Shown: piece after piece, positions 14,498 to 28,800 of the stretch
Layout of the letters: each line of letters opens with the position of its first letter
Numbering within the stretch: position 1 is the first letter of the stretch
From: Phoronis australis
Lineage: Eukaryota; Animalia; Phoronida
DNA length: 64,000 bases
Reading direction: 5' to 3'
NCBI GenBank assembly: GCA_002633005.1
Contig: NMRA01000038.1
Coordinates: 369,745 to 433,744, forward strand
Made by a program: the position numbers and the translations under genes
Notes under the pieces: model-generated
Databases searched by the model: none
What the model was told of the DNA's origin: nothing
Seen by the model: only the letters and a program-made list of their open reading frames with translations

Positions 14498-15746
14498 GGC
14501 GAAGACTATTTTGCCTAGAACGGCCCGCCGTTGCTACTATGAACCCCTCGGTCACTTTTAGATGACTGTTTATACCGTGACCTTACTGATATCGTGCTGA
14601 CTTGAATACCTATCCTGGCGGTGCGTTCCGCACAAAACAACACCTTTATCACAGCTGTTTTGTTATTGCAACAGTGATGTTTGATTCAGGCCCAACGACA
14701 AATACGGGTGGCGCACCACTGAATCACGCTGCTGCTACGGTGAAGGTAGACTTAAAAATGACAAGCCCCTCTGGTAGGCCTACCTTTGGAACCGTGTTAC
14801 GTCATGCTTTGAAGGTCTGCTTGTATCCCTTAAATTTTCGAGTTTCCTGGGCATTCTACTGAAACCGTATTTACTTTAGCAGTGAGTTTAACTACATCGC
14901 TGTAGTGAGGTTACTTTACATTAAAGTTTTAACGCGTTACGCATTATTTGTTTTTCCTTATAAGCTGCGTACATCTATGTGCTGTAGAATTAGTCAACAT
15001 CGCTAAAATTAAAGGCAACTCAACCACGAAAGGTCACATGTACAGCGCCTTGTTTAAAGGCATATACAGTGTAGAGACAGATATCTATGGAATATTAGGG
15101 GAAGCGGTTGGAAACAGCGATTGCTGGAGGACGAATCTGTTGTATTTTAAGGACATGACTACAGGCTCGCTACGACAATCAAACGTTTAAATTGTTTAGA
15201 GAAACATTAGTACAACAAAATAACTACAGAATCAACTGCTGGCTGAGCTAAATCCCACCCGATAAATATCAGAGTATTTTAAGCGCATTTGACTGGTGAA
15301 GTCGTCGGCTATATTAGCAAATGGCTGGCACACAACGGCGAGAATTGACGATTTGGAAAACAATCGCAAAAAACAACGAGTTTTGTTGTCCTTTAGCTCT
15401 GGTCAAAGGCAATAACTTCAAGAAGTCCATCTCATCTAACAGTTGTCCCAAAAATGTGTTTTTCGGCCGTAAAACCGAGTATCCCTTTAATTCGATTTGC
15501 GGATATAATCCAGTTGTCGTCATAGCAATAAAATTTTGCATACCAGCTTACGGAGTCCGTCACTCCCTGCCTGTTCGATATTTATTAGATCGTTAACTTG
15601 TTGGGAGGAAATTCACTTTAAGCTCTCTCGCCACCCCCCCCCCCCCTTCTGAACATAACCGAGAGAAAAAGTAACATAAGCTTCCCGAGAGAAAAAATAT
15701 CTCGAGAGGTGACACCAGTGTGCATTTCAAAGCAGGTACTTGCATT

Positions 15747-16485
15747 TCAAAACAAATGCTGTGAAGACGTATACGAGGGGGATAGGTTGTGACTAAGTGA
15801 CCCTAAGTGACACGTAGCGCGGAGGTCAGAACGTGAACCATCAATGAACATTTGGTCATCTTCGTGACATGTATAATCAATGACTGAGAGGTCACTACGT
15901 ATAGAACTTGGATGAAAACTAAACTTTTCAAAATGCTCGTAAAGCTCTGTCTGAGTTTTCGACACGACTGTATTTTATGAAAATTTGTCTGTAGAGGCAG
16001 ATCTTCCGACACGAATTTTCGATTAAGCTAAAGAGTCGTGTACCAGAGTGGTAGGCTTTGCTACAATCATAGCGAGTGAACAGAGTGGTCCAAAAGTCGT
16101 GAAAGAATTCACATTNTCAAAACAAATCCTGTGAAGACGTATACGAGGGGGATAGGTTGTGACTAAGTGACCCTAAGTGACACGTAGCGCGGAGGTCAGA
16201 ACGTGAACCATCAATGAACTTTTGGTCATCTTTGTGACATGTATAATCAATGACTGAGAGGTCACTACGTATAGAACTTGGATGAAAACTAAACTTTTCA
16301 AAATGCTCGTAAAGCTCTGTCTGAGTTTTCGACACGACTGTATTTTATGAAAATTTGTCTGTAGAGGCAGATCTTCCGACACGAATTTTCGATTAAGCTA
16401 AAGAGTCGTGTACCAGAGTGGTAGGCTTTGCTACAATCATAGCGAGTGAACAGAGTGGTCCAAAAGTCGTGAAAGAATTCACATT
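15747..16485 (-). pseudogene. Decayed LINE RNase H fragment, present twice around an N
   Basis: MFIDGSR followed by a frameshifted VFTA resembles I-group RNase H (YTDGSK...SVFTAE). A 369-bp unit is repeated at 15747-16115 and 16117-16485. Confidence 0.45.
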
Positions 16486-17443
16486 GGCGAAAAATCGGAG
16501 CGCGTAGAGAGGGCTGAAGACGTACCAAACGACTTAAAAGTAGTGAAACGCGCCATGTCTGTCCAGAAAATTTAATTGCCAGCGATCTGTAAATTATGTT
16601 GTCTTTCTTATAAATAAATATTTCTTGGTTAAGGCCACTGACTAGTTATCAAGCTTAATGTCTCGGTTTTAGTTTTTCCTTGTGACTTACGGGCTTGGTC
16701 GGGAAGACAGGTCGGACAGTTATTCAAAGTGCATATTGTATCTCGGACCATGAACGCGGCGCATAAATGACCAGCGCGCAGCTGGGGGTCGAGCCAGAAT
16801 TTTTCAGTCAGGTCTCAAAAAAAAAACTCTTATCTGTTTCTTCCAATTCCCAAAATCACTCCTAATCTGATCAGTGTAATACTGAGTGACTTCAATCGAA
16901 AGTTTTTTGTAGAAGACAGATTAACCACCTTAAGTGAAATTGCTGGGTTGTTCATTTTTACCAGTGTTATTCAGTCTTGGCAGTTGAAACCGGTAGTCAT
17001 TTCATAGTTACTGTGGACAGAACATCTCTAACATGACCTTTATCTCTAACATGACCTTTCGTGTATCTTAGGAGAATAATCAAAAATATCAGGTTAATGT
17101 GACCATTTATCAAATAGGGAGGTGAAGCGCGTTCAGAGAGTTGTGTGGAAACGTCTTTCCAAAAGGCATGGCTGATTGTTTTGTTGTTGTTGTTTTTGAA
17201 CAAGTTGACGCACATTTAGGTTCAGCAGCAGAGATGTAACAATTCATGGCGGTGTGTTTTGCGTGGTGGTTGAATTTAGTATTTGTTAAGATACAATGGA
17301 GACACGGCAGACAGGCTCAACGGGATTCAATTTATTAGTGTTTATTATTCCGAGTTATTGACATTTACTCTTTAATAATCTAGCGCGTATGATCTTACTG
17401 AGGCACGAAAAGAGCCGTACGTTGACACCCTACCCGGTCAGTT

Positions 17444-17556
17444 TGAGCACCACAGAATGAACACCACAGAATGAGCACCACAGAATGAGCACCACAGAAT
17501 GAGCACCACAGAATGAGCACCACAGAATGAGCACCACAGAATGAGCACCACAGAAT
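17444..17556. repeat. 14-bp minisatellite (TGAGCACCACAGAA)x8
   Basis: Direct reading. Confidence 0.95.
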
Positions 17557-20519
17557 TTGCTGGTTCAGATCGAAGACACCACTCTGTTGTGGTTACATTG
17601 AATCGTCTCAAGCTGCTGATGTTATCGTTCTCTAGATAATGACATCATCATAAACACATTAGGGTCGACAATAGTATTTTCGAATTTTCGTTTTGAAATT
17701 GTGTAGGATATAGCATATTTGAATGGTTCGTGAAAAGGCCACGTGATTAGGTTTCGGTTTTTGAATTTTGAAAATTGGACAAGGAATGTGACTTTTACAA
17801 CCTAAACCTAATATGTTCCTCATTAATCTTGCTGGGTGTGCAACATCATTGGGCGAATTACCAAACCACCAGGCAGCAGTTGGATTTTGAGGTAAGCCAA
17901 GTGTAATTATAAATTCTTGGCATGAACTGTCCACATCCGGTATTTTCAGACGAAAAACCATGACACTCTTTTGTATGTCGAGCAGCTGGTCAAAACGAAT
18001 GCTAAGTGACCATATATGTAGGCTTCATTTCTTCTAATTCCCATTCTCGTAAATTGTCTCTCTGCGGAATTATTTTTGAGCGGACTCACGACTGAATTGT
18101 TGTCGAGTTCGCAACATGTTATGTGACAGTTTTAGGTGAGCCGTCTCGACAACACGATTTCGCTGACTTGGTGGTCGGACTGGAGCTATTGTTCATCTAC
18201 AACGTACCAGTTATAGGCACTATCGCAATGTTCAGTTTTTAGTCAGACTGATAGGTAGGTTTCAAAAACAATATTTAGAAACCCCAACACAACATTGTTG
18301 TTAACAGCTGTACTGATGAAGTTCAATTCATCAGTAGTGTAAGTTTTTGGTGATGTTGTGACGTTTTACGTGTGATTTCTTCATTAAAAAACAATTGCAG
18401 AGTTCCACAGTAAGACCATTTGTAGTGCTTGTTAAAGTGGCTATCGAGGTAGCGGTATATTCAGCTCATCGTACTAGAGATCCGATTATTGAGATGCGAC
18501 TTATGTGGTTGGGGTCTACCTATCATTTGCGAAAAGGGTCGCCACTAGTTCTGCGCAATATTTAAGATCGTCTCGTAAATGAGACCTGCCCGAAGGGCAA
18601 ACGTCCTTTTAGCACATTTTTTTTCCTAGTCTCGGCACAGTGCCTCAGGAGGTTACAAATAGTGTATCCCGGCTTTCCGTCAGTGCCGCGGCATTTAACA
18701 CGCTTCCGAAAATACCTGTTTCCACGCACATCTCTCCAACTGCAACGAAGTTGTATTTGGGAAATTAGACTAAATTACATGTCCAGTACCGCCAGTGTTG
18801 GGCCACACTTCAGTGGTTTTAGTGATAAAGTGAGCACTTCCGGTGTCTTCAGTTTCACACAATCATCGGATCACAATGGGAACATTAAACGTGAACACGT
18901 TTAATGCGATGCTGAACTCCCAGGATGTACCCACTCCTTGACAGTAGGCCTATTCTGGGAACCGTTCGCCCGCTGGAACATAGACGCCAAACACTTAAAC
19001 TGCGAAAAAGTAAGATCCGCAAATCTTCGCGAAATATCGCCATAGTATCACGTGATGGCACTAGCTTTGCTAGCGAGATTCTTACATCTTCGTAAGCCAA
19101 CATTAACTAGTAGATTCGGTCAAATTATCTCCTCATGGCATGCAGTATCACACGAAAACTAAAAGCGTGATCAGTCTCGCAATATCGAGCATGAAAACCA
19201 TTAGTCCAGTAATTCTACGCATGACCCGGAAATAATTGCAAAAGCTTTAATGACATAAATCGTATCGTTTCACCTTTGCCAATGACCGTTTTTCGTAAAA
19301 GATCTCTTACGCCAAACTATTTTCATCTGACTCACGAAATGTCCTCGATCTCCACGTGGTGTTGTTTTTGAGATCTAACTGCCGTGGACGAGACGGTATC
19401 GTTACGTGTGACTGCGTTTTGGATAAAGTTTATTTTATATCGGATATGGGGTACAAAAAAAATAACAGGAATATGAACAACGAAAGCAAGGCAAAATATA
19501 GTCAGATAGAGGACATAAAACAAATCCAGAAATAAGGATTTATACAAGTGACTGTAACGAGAAAATCGTTCTAACCGGACATATCTACTAAAGCATAATT
19601 TACAGGAATCACAATTATTGCTAGTACTCACACTGACATTCAAAATGTTTTTACAAGTATTATTCAAACTCCTCAAAATGTTTCTACAAGTGTTATTCAA
19701 ACTTCTCAAAATTCGAAGCTGCTTACAAGGAAGTATTTCCATATTTGACCACTTCATAGTTTAAGCCGTTGCAACCATACCTTTCATTGAACTGGGGAAT
19801 TAAGAGAGAGTTTACATTTCGGAAACTGTACAAGCAAGGCTTTATCTTAAGAGGCGTTTCTCAGATTACATGGTCCAATTGGGTGACTGTAAACTACGGT
19901 AATAATTATCCCGTTTGGGACACTGAAAAATTATTTGTTTTGCTAAAAGTCGGAAAAATCTGTTGTCAGTTATTCTTGACGTTATTATAGACCTTGTCTC
20001 TACAAATCCAGCGTCCAATATTTTAGAAATATTATGAACGCCAAAATTGCCCCTGTCCCAATCTTTATAATCAAGAAAATTCAATTTGGCTTGAATTTCA
20101 GTGTCTCAAATTTTAGAGACCGGCCCAAACTGGAGATTTTTTACCGTAACAGTTCTATTATGGCAAACAGTGTGCTCTGGTTAATATATTAGAATATGAA
20201 TATACCGAGTTATTGAAGGGCATGCACTGAACTTTCCTATTTGAGCTCTGGTTAAGTAGGAGGCAAGTGAACAACGGTTGAAATGTGACGTAATTGATAC
20301 ACTACAAACTAACAGCGAGTGCGAGAAGGTTTCGAAGGCGAAATAAAGTATTTACTTGCTTGAAGCTTTCTTACGTGCGACTGAGGCATACTCTTGAAAA
20401 GCGAGTTCATCGTCAATCTGCACTCCTAGTAGTTCCACTGAGTGACCTGAAATTAAGTTAGTATCATTTACATACAATAGCTTTCAAATTCACGTACATC
20501 ATTTCGAGAACAAAACAAT

Positions 20520-20950
20520 TCCTTGAAATTCGTCAGGATTTCCAACGATGTTGTTAGAGGTGAGCCATTTCATAGCCTTTGTAGCCGAGTTATTTAGGGC
20601 ACTACACGCTATGGTTCAGTCGTTGTCCATAAAACTTAGAATGTTCTCATCACCATAATTATAGACATAGCATAGGTGTGAGAGATGTTAAAAATGTCTT
20701 TTATAAAAAATATTGAATCAGCATGGACCCAAGCACTGAGCCTTGTGGAACGCTCCTAACAAGTTGTGGGACACCTCTAGCAACAAGTCTTCATTCACTT
20801 CAGGGGTCATCTATTTCGAAACGTTGTTTTCTTTGACATGAATACGACTTCATTATGAGGTGAGATAAGTCTGTCACACCTGCGCTCATTTGATACAACT
20901 CGGCATTTTCCATAACAAGATATGCTGCACACATTTAACTTACTATACGT
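20520..20950 (-). pseudogene. Decayed CR1/L2-like RT fragment
   Basis: Minus strand ~20755-20722 encodes SVPQGSVLGP (RT motif GVPQGSVLGP), with a degenerate FMDND downstream. Confidence 0.55.
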
Positions 20951-21269
20951 AGTAATATAAATGTCACACGGAAATGGACGAAATTTGCATCGAATACGAG
21001 CATGGTCACACCATACTCTTTCATGTTAACAATTTATGCAGCAAGCAGTCAAATGTCCTCGACAAGTCTAACAGAATGAAACCGACGAATATACCCGCGT
21101 CTAATTAACCTTCTCGCATGCCCTTGATCACTCTAATAACATCCAGTTATGAATAATTTTTGAAAGCACAGTTTTTTATGAAATTTTGTTGAGTGTTTTC
21201 TCAAGAAATTGGTTTGTGGAAGAGGAGTGCATTCAGATGGGATCTACTTCTTTTTTATAAATAAATAAT

Positions 21270-21497
21270 TGTAGGCGGTCACGTGGTATCAGACGTGCGC
21301 AAGCCGCTTAGGTGGGTCCATAGCACTGATCACCCGAAATCACTTTTATGCTTTATGAGATATATAGATATATAGATAAAACTGAGCTGTGGAGCTAGAG
21401 ACCTCACTCCAAGGTCTAGCAATGTGTCCCAGTGGGACTCGAACTTACGACCTTGAGTATAGGAAGCGGACACCAATCACACTAGGCTACACTGCCC
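21270..21497 (-). mobile_element. tRNA-derived SINE (same family as 40264)
   Basis: Reverse complement reads GGCAGTGTAGCCTAGTGTG...GTAAGTTCGAGTCCCACTGGGACACATTGCTAGACC..., matching the 40264 copy over ~200 bp. Confidence 0.75.
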
Positions 21498-21579
21498 TCT
21501 CTGGGGATATTTCCTTTTCCTTCAGGATAGAGGGTGGCTGGATTCGTAAACTGCCTTCTTCTAGAGGGAAGGGGTTAAT

Positions 21580-22080
21580 GTTACAAATATACCTGTAGTT
21601 CTTTTGGAAAGGTTTTCAGAAACTTGGGAGGAATCCTGTCAAAGTCCCTTTCTTTGCTGAAATATGTCGATTTCAATTTCTTCAAGACGACACCTTTTAC
21701 GTCGTTGAGCTTAGTATGGTTATTTGTCGGATCACTTTTCGTTTTTAAAGAGAAAAGCGTTTTACAGTAAAAAGGTTTACCTAATTTCAAAAGTTTAGTA
21801 AAGCAATGGGTCTCCAATTTTTATAACACACAGGGGTCATATGAACAACAGAATGGCAATTTATCTGACTCCGCTGTGCCTCTAAGGTTGTAGACAGGGT
21901 TATCCCTTCAGTCTCCTCATAGATTTTTTGTGCAGAAATACTTGCCTGTATAATTACAAATGAAGTGTGTGGGGCCAATAATTCCTCGAAGCGTATGTAT
22001 GCTGTCAAATAATTGTTCAACAAACCGGGGTTTCCATATAGTTGATAATGCATAGAAAAAATACTATTTAATTCCATTTA
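21580..22080 (-). pseudogene. Decayed L1/Tx1-like ORF2 fragments
   Basis: KNWRPIALLN and FDRIPPKFLKTF resemble KNWRPISLLN and PDGIP.EFYK.F. Confidence 0.5.
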
Positions 22081-22862
22081 AGTGTACATAAGACTCTTTA
22101 TAACGGTGGCTGAAATACAGAATATTACACAGGATTTTGGTTACCCAATTCGTTCTTGTTTAAAATATTGTTGCAGTGTAAAAATTTTATTTACAGTGTT
22201 CTTTAAATATAAACACTTTCTGCAGTCTGTAGAACACGAGCTGAATATTCAGAAATACATACTTCTGAAAAATAGTAGGTTTATGGAAATCCTAGTTGGC
22301 CATTTTTGGCTATCAACTATTTTGTTGATACAGCTTGCCGGTAAACTTGTCACGAAAAAGCTTTAATAACACCCATGTGTGTGCGTGTGTGCGGAGTGTC
22401 GATTGTGCGTCCTCGTCTTTCTAATTGCATGAATGTTACTATGCAAAAAGCAAATGAATAATTGGAAAAAAGGAATTACGGAACTACTCCCAGTCAAGTT
22501 CTGTAAAAGATGAAATTGAAAGCTAATTTATTCTCAAGAGTGGTATTAAAGATGACTCTAGTGATGACAGGTCATGATTATTGCTAACAGAAAGACGGTT
22601 TTCAGTGTTAACTACAAAATATTTTATTTGTTATTTGTGTCTGAATTTTGTTTTATCATGTATTTTTAGCGTTAGTGAGCTTGCATGTGTAGAATTAGTA
22701 TAACCTGGTTAACTGTTTTTATGCTCGCTTTATAACACCATGCCCGAGTCATCACCAATCCGTCGGAGTTGCCAACAGGTGGCAGTGATAGTTTCCACTT
22801 CCTCTGTTTTGCTAGGAACATGTGAAATAAAACGACGACAGAAGTTAATAACCAAATTCAAT

Positions 22863-25800
22863 ATGGGAAAGAAGAAACATGGTCTTGGACGTTCTCTTGT
22901 AAAGGATCGATTTGGAGGACCCAAGCGAGGGAAATCTAACGAGTCATTTGTAAGCCCTTTGGTTTAATCAATGAAGAGAATTTGTTTAGGTACTTTAGCC
23001 AGCTACGCTGTCGTTGTGCCTGTAGCTGCCTGTGTATGTTCAGACAACACGTAGCCCCTCGGTTGGCCGGTTAGGCGCTATAATACTTCCCATCATTTTC
23101 TGTACGAATTTCGTCCCGTGTATTTTATTGGCAATAAGCCAAATCCGGTCACCAATTAAAGAGTTTTCACCTCGTCAAAAATACATTCCACACTTAAAAA
23201 TATCACTCAATATGAATAAGCGTTGCTTTCTTTAGTGGTCCTTTCTACTTCTACACATATCGTTGATGAAACTTAAATACGAGAATCAAGGTGACTTTGG
23301 CGAAGAATTCCAACTCCACTTTTTTGGACACTGTTTGACTTTTTCACCACGCACGTGATAACCACAAAGTATTTTAACCGAGTCACGTGAGTTTGGCAAA
23401 GGTTAGCACAAGACTGAACAAAGCATGTGACGCTGGCGCGTGACACTTGCAAAATAGCATGGGAAGGTATCAGGTGAAATTTGTAAGATTTGTGCCTCTG
23501 GGACTTTTTATTCGTCAACATGCGTGATTTTACGTACTTCCTCAAAATGGCACCCAGTAAGAGAAACTCCAGCAAAGCGCGACAGATTTTCAACGATTTG
23601 TTCAAAGACTTATGGTATGTGTTAATTATGACTCCATGTGCATATATGCATGCTTCATTTGATTTTATTTCCTGTATTTTGAAATGAGTAACTTATTGTG
23701 AGGATGTACTATTGCCCCTGTATGCCTGCAGCATCCAGGGTGATGTAATTATCTACGTGTATGTTATGTTATGAAGCCTAGTGAGTAGTGTCAATGCAGG
23801 AAATTTTATTTGGGCCTTGAAATTTCTAACCGCCCTGGTAGTTCTGTTTGTCACCTCATTGTGAAACATTTATCAACATGTAGTTGGTGGTGGCAATTCC
23901 CAATCCATGCTTTACGCATCAAAAAGATAACAAATCTGCAAATGACAATTGGCCACAGACGTCTTCAGCTTCTCTGTCTGTTCTGATTGTCCCCAATACA
24001 CTATATATGTACTACAAGGTATGACACTCGAGATTAGGAATCCCACAGGTGCTCCACTTCAGCTGTTCGTATCAAACACAAATCTCAATAAATTTACGCA
24101 AAACGAGTTCAACAAGCCATGAGCAATTGTTCTTTCTTCTGATAGTATAAACAGCATCCTGCTCCAGTGATTGCAACAAATTAGTGCTCAAAACACAAAA
24201 ATCCGATGCGTCACATTAATCACAATGGATATGGTAAGTTCTTCTGGAAGTCTCACTGAAGATTTTTCAGATAAATGACAGTTCAAATATCACTCAATCC
24301 TGGCAATAGAGACGCAGTCGCCACCTAAAATTTTCCTGTAGAGGACTGTCTGGGTCTGTGATGTCCTCGTATTTACCAACAAATTCACTGTAGCATTCCT
24401 TCATCATGTCTCTGTCTTTTCAAGTTGCACACCAGCGAACTGGAGGATGGCTATGATTGGGGCAGACTCAACTTACAGTCAGTCACTGAACAAAGTCAAC
24501 TGGATGAATTTCTGTCCACAGCAGAATTGGCTGGCACAGAATTTACAGCCGGTGAGGATTTCACACGTTTACTGTATTGCCGCGCCATTAGGCTCATGGG
24601 CTTCTGTGCAAAACTGCAATTTTATGCGAAATTTAGGCACATATGCCAATATGTGAACCACTTGGTTAAAAAAAGGCTGCGAAGAATGAATTTTTACGGA
24701 TATAGGCCCATGGGCGTTAAGTTACGATAATATGGAGTACATAACTATTTACCAAAAAAATGTCAAAAATCAAATTATGTAGACTTTTTACTTTCAGAAA
24801 TATATACTTCTTACTGACTTAAAATCTATAGTTTTTATAGATATTTGGCTATATATACAGAGTCTGACTTGTTGACAAGCTCCTACGTAAGATGAATACT
24901 TCTCTTTTCACCAGACATAAGCTTAAGTGTACTTTGTGATTGTCAGCTTGCATTGCTCAAAGTTGAACGTAACAATTTTCAGTGCGCAGTGAGTTGATCG
25001 GGTGATGTAGCCATCTTATGTTCGATAGTTCAGTTGTTCTCTCATTATTCCTCTAAGTTTGCTGGGAGATGAGAACGGTTAGCATTCAGCAGCTCTACAA
25101 TTTCGCACATTCGTGCACCTGTGATTATTTGCTTTCATCTATATTTTACCCTCCTTTTAATGCGCGCATCATTTGATGAAGGACATTTTGACTTTCCGTT
25201 TTCATTTCGCACATCACAGGCGAATTTATATCTTTAATTATCATGTGTATGCATTCAGCAACAGTCAATTTTGTTGTTGGCAGATTAAACTCATAAAATA
25301 ACGATTAACGAAAATTCTGATCTTGAATAGCTAATCACATCCATGACTACATCTCATCTCACTGGGTTCTCTGTCAGTCATCCTTCTTCACGCCGATGCC
25401 CTCTATTAGTGTATTTTTTTACTTTACAGAGAAGCTGAATGTGACCTTTGTGAACCCTGAAGTTGGTGCGGGACTGTTGTCGTCAGAGGAGCTGAAACAT
25501 GTTGAAAAGCTGCATGAGGAGCACAGAGACCTACTTTGTATACCGAGGCGGTAAGTCAACATTGCATTTTGAATAGAGTCTTTTTATATTCATAACATAC
25601 ATGCCCAGAAGCATGCAAAGTTGGCATGAGCACACGAGACCTAGCGTGGGTGTAGTCGAAGGAGCATTGATTGCTATGGGTCCGTGTACTTAGATGAAAG
25701 TGACTGCTTGTATGACAAAATATCTGTAAAATTCTCCTGACTACTGGGTGGGTGGGCGGGACTTTTGTTGTGTGTTTGTGTGCAGATGTCGACTTGAAAA

Positions 25801-28800
25801 TGTGTGTGGGGGTTTTACGCAACACCATAGCGTCTGGCACACAACACGGCCGGACCCTGCCTTGCAGTCAAATGGCACCACAACAATATTATGGTTAGAA
25901 ACTTGTGACTACATTAATGTTAACAAGTGATTTGAAAAGAAAGGTTCAGTTTTCTTTGCAACCGAAATATCACCAATCAAAATAATTATCTCTCTTTAAA
26001 ACAAATTCAAATTATTTATTCAGCTGATAACACCATTGTTTGATGATAAATAAAAACCCAACTCATTTTTCCCTTGGCCGTAGACTATGAAATAAGTGTG
26101 CAATTGTTTTACAAATCTTTCCAAACGCTAAAGAAAAATAGATGTGTGAATCTCTTTGGCTGACCGTGGTATGACCCAATTGCTTGTTTTGTTTTTGTCT
26201 GTTGAGCTATGTTCTGTGAAAAAAGTAAAAACATATTTCTGGCTTTAAGCATCTTGCCCTGTTGCAAAGATATGCACTGTATTATTTTTGCTGATATACA
26301 TTTTTGACTTCCGAGATACAAACAACACATAACAAGGCTCATGTCTGCTGATTGTGAAGTTTGAATTTGCACCGTATATATTGAAGCATTTTGTTTTCAG
26401 GCCAGTGTGGGATGACAGCACTTCAGCATCGGAACTCGACAGAATGGAACGAGACTCCTTCCTTGAATGGCGAAGGGGCTTGTCCGAGTAAGTATAAGCG
26501 ATCGTCGATCTTGACAACATAGCATTTTATATAATAATATAACACAACTACTGTTTATTGAATTCAGTTTACAGTTCTAAGCTAAATGTCACATGCTATA
26601 TTTTCTCCCTCATATAATAATGGGTTGGTGTCAGTAAGTTGTTGTTCATGACTGAAATTTAAGCGTCCCAAAACTCAATTGACATAAAAGATACTAAGCT
26701 TTTTGCAATGAAACTAAAAATTTAGATAACTAATTTTGTTTATAAACCATACTGTTGTCTGTCTGTTTGATAGGTTACAAGAAGACAAAGGGATTATTAT
26801 GACACCGTTTGAGAAGAATTTGGACTTTTGGCGACAGTTGTGGAGAGTTATTGAGAGGAGGTGAATATACATAGCTGTAATACAAATTGAATCCACTTTT
26901 TCAGAAACGTTGGGTAAAATCATGTCAAACTTTGTTAAATATTGCGTAATGAAGAATGAAATAATTGGAAACTAGTAGAAATTGCTTTGAAAATATTGGC
27001 AGAAGCAGTCTTTGAACTGTTCTTTGATTCTCAACTATTATGCTGCTCCTATCTAAAGGCACTTTTTGGTAAAATCTTCTAACAATGAGTTGTCTAGCTT
27101 TGTCGAGAATTATGGAAATTGTGACACTGAAAATGAGAAGGGTGTCTTGAAGGTCATTTGGTGTGCAATTATGCATTGATTTAAGACTTTTGCCTCAAGT
27201 ACTCAGGACTAGGAATTTTCCTCTTTTAAGAGGATTTCCTCTTTTTTGGTTTCATTTCCTCTTATTTAATTTCCCGTTTTTTCTTTTTCTGTCTCTTTTT
27301 ATCATTATTTTGACTTTATTCATGCAAAAATGTTTATTTCAGTTAAATTCTACAACACACAAAATGTTTCTATCACACAAGTCCATTTGTGGAACTATCC
27401 AAATTTTCTCATTGGTCATTCCAAGCCCTGAGTACCTCATCTGATGAATGACAAGGACAATCATCTTCTCAAATTGCTTGAAAAGTTCAATTTTGAAAGT
27501 TTTCTGAAAATGTTTGCAGCAGAAACTTACTGAAGACATTTTGTGCTTAGCTATTACCAATTAAACCTGTTTTTCTCCAAAAATACCGACAATTATTTTG
27601 TAAGATTAATTACTTAAAAATAATGGAAATGGGAAAAAATTGCTTGCCAATGTTTTTTGAAAACGTCTTGCAAATTTTGACACAAACAGAATGTTATAAT
27701 TATTGTAAATGTGAAGGGTCATACGGTCACCTTAGGTGTAAACATTGAAGGTGGTGGTAAAAATTAGAATTGAACCTATTGTTATAACTATTATATGGCA
27801 GCTAGGTGGCAGCAGGGGTCAATTAATCAGAAGTATAACCAAATTTTTTTTGGTTGAACGAAATGATTTTTTTGGAACTTGTTTTGGTGACTATTTTTAC
27901 TTTTTTTTCTTCCAGTGACATCGTAGTTCAGATTGTTGATGCTAGAAACCCAGAACTGTTCAGATGCGAAGATCTTGAAAAATATGTCAAGGAGGTTGGA
28001 GCTGACAAGACCAACTTGATTCTGATCAACAAAGCTGACCTGCTGACACAGGTGCAAAGGTGAGTCTGTGAACCTCTGGGGTGTTTCATAAAGTGACTTT
28101 GGACAGAATTTTGGCGTTACTCTCCCTCTTCACAGTGCCTGAAAAAAGTTAATCATAATAATTATGAACACATCACAGGCTAGAAATAATTAATGAACAG
28201 TTTCTCAGTGACTGGCAATTATGAATATATTCTCAGATACTTGTACTTTTGCTAAGGTGAATTTTAATTAATTTTAAAAAAATGGTTATGTGGAGCGTCA
28301 GACCCAGTATCATGGAACAGTCCCCAGGCTACAATTGAATACTAATGTTGTGTTGTGAATGAAACTTCTGTTTTGCATGACTTTGACATTGTCCTTCAGT
28401 GACTAAATTGTATATTTCATCACTTGGTGTTTGAACTTCGACTGAAAACAAGTAAATTTGAATAAGGATTTGTGTAATAAGTGTTACATTATTACATGTG
28501 AATTTTGGAAACTGGTGACACTGGTGCATTCTGTTCGATGTTTGGGAGAAAATAGTTAGTATTGACGTAAAGAACTTACTTTGCAGGCATATTGTTCTTC
28601 TTGTTTGGATTGAAATAAGTTGAATAAAACACCTTAAATTCCTGTAAAACTCGAAGTGCTTTTAGCTGGTAAAGTTAACAACTGTGACAGTCAATGGGCT
28701 GCTCTGAAGCAACAGTTCTTCTCAAGCCGAGAAATCATTTTTAAACTGAGTAAGGAATACGACGAGATCGATTTTTTTACGGTAATTGGCCTAAATCATC

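Noticed and set aside
17659-18300. ORF 17659-17961 and neighbours as a host gene
   Set aside because: No coherent splice structure; at most faint LINE endonuclease-like remnants (RPPSQ), too weak to call.
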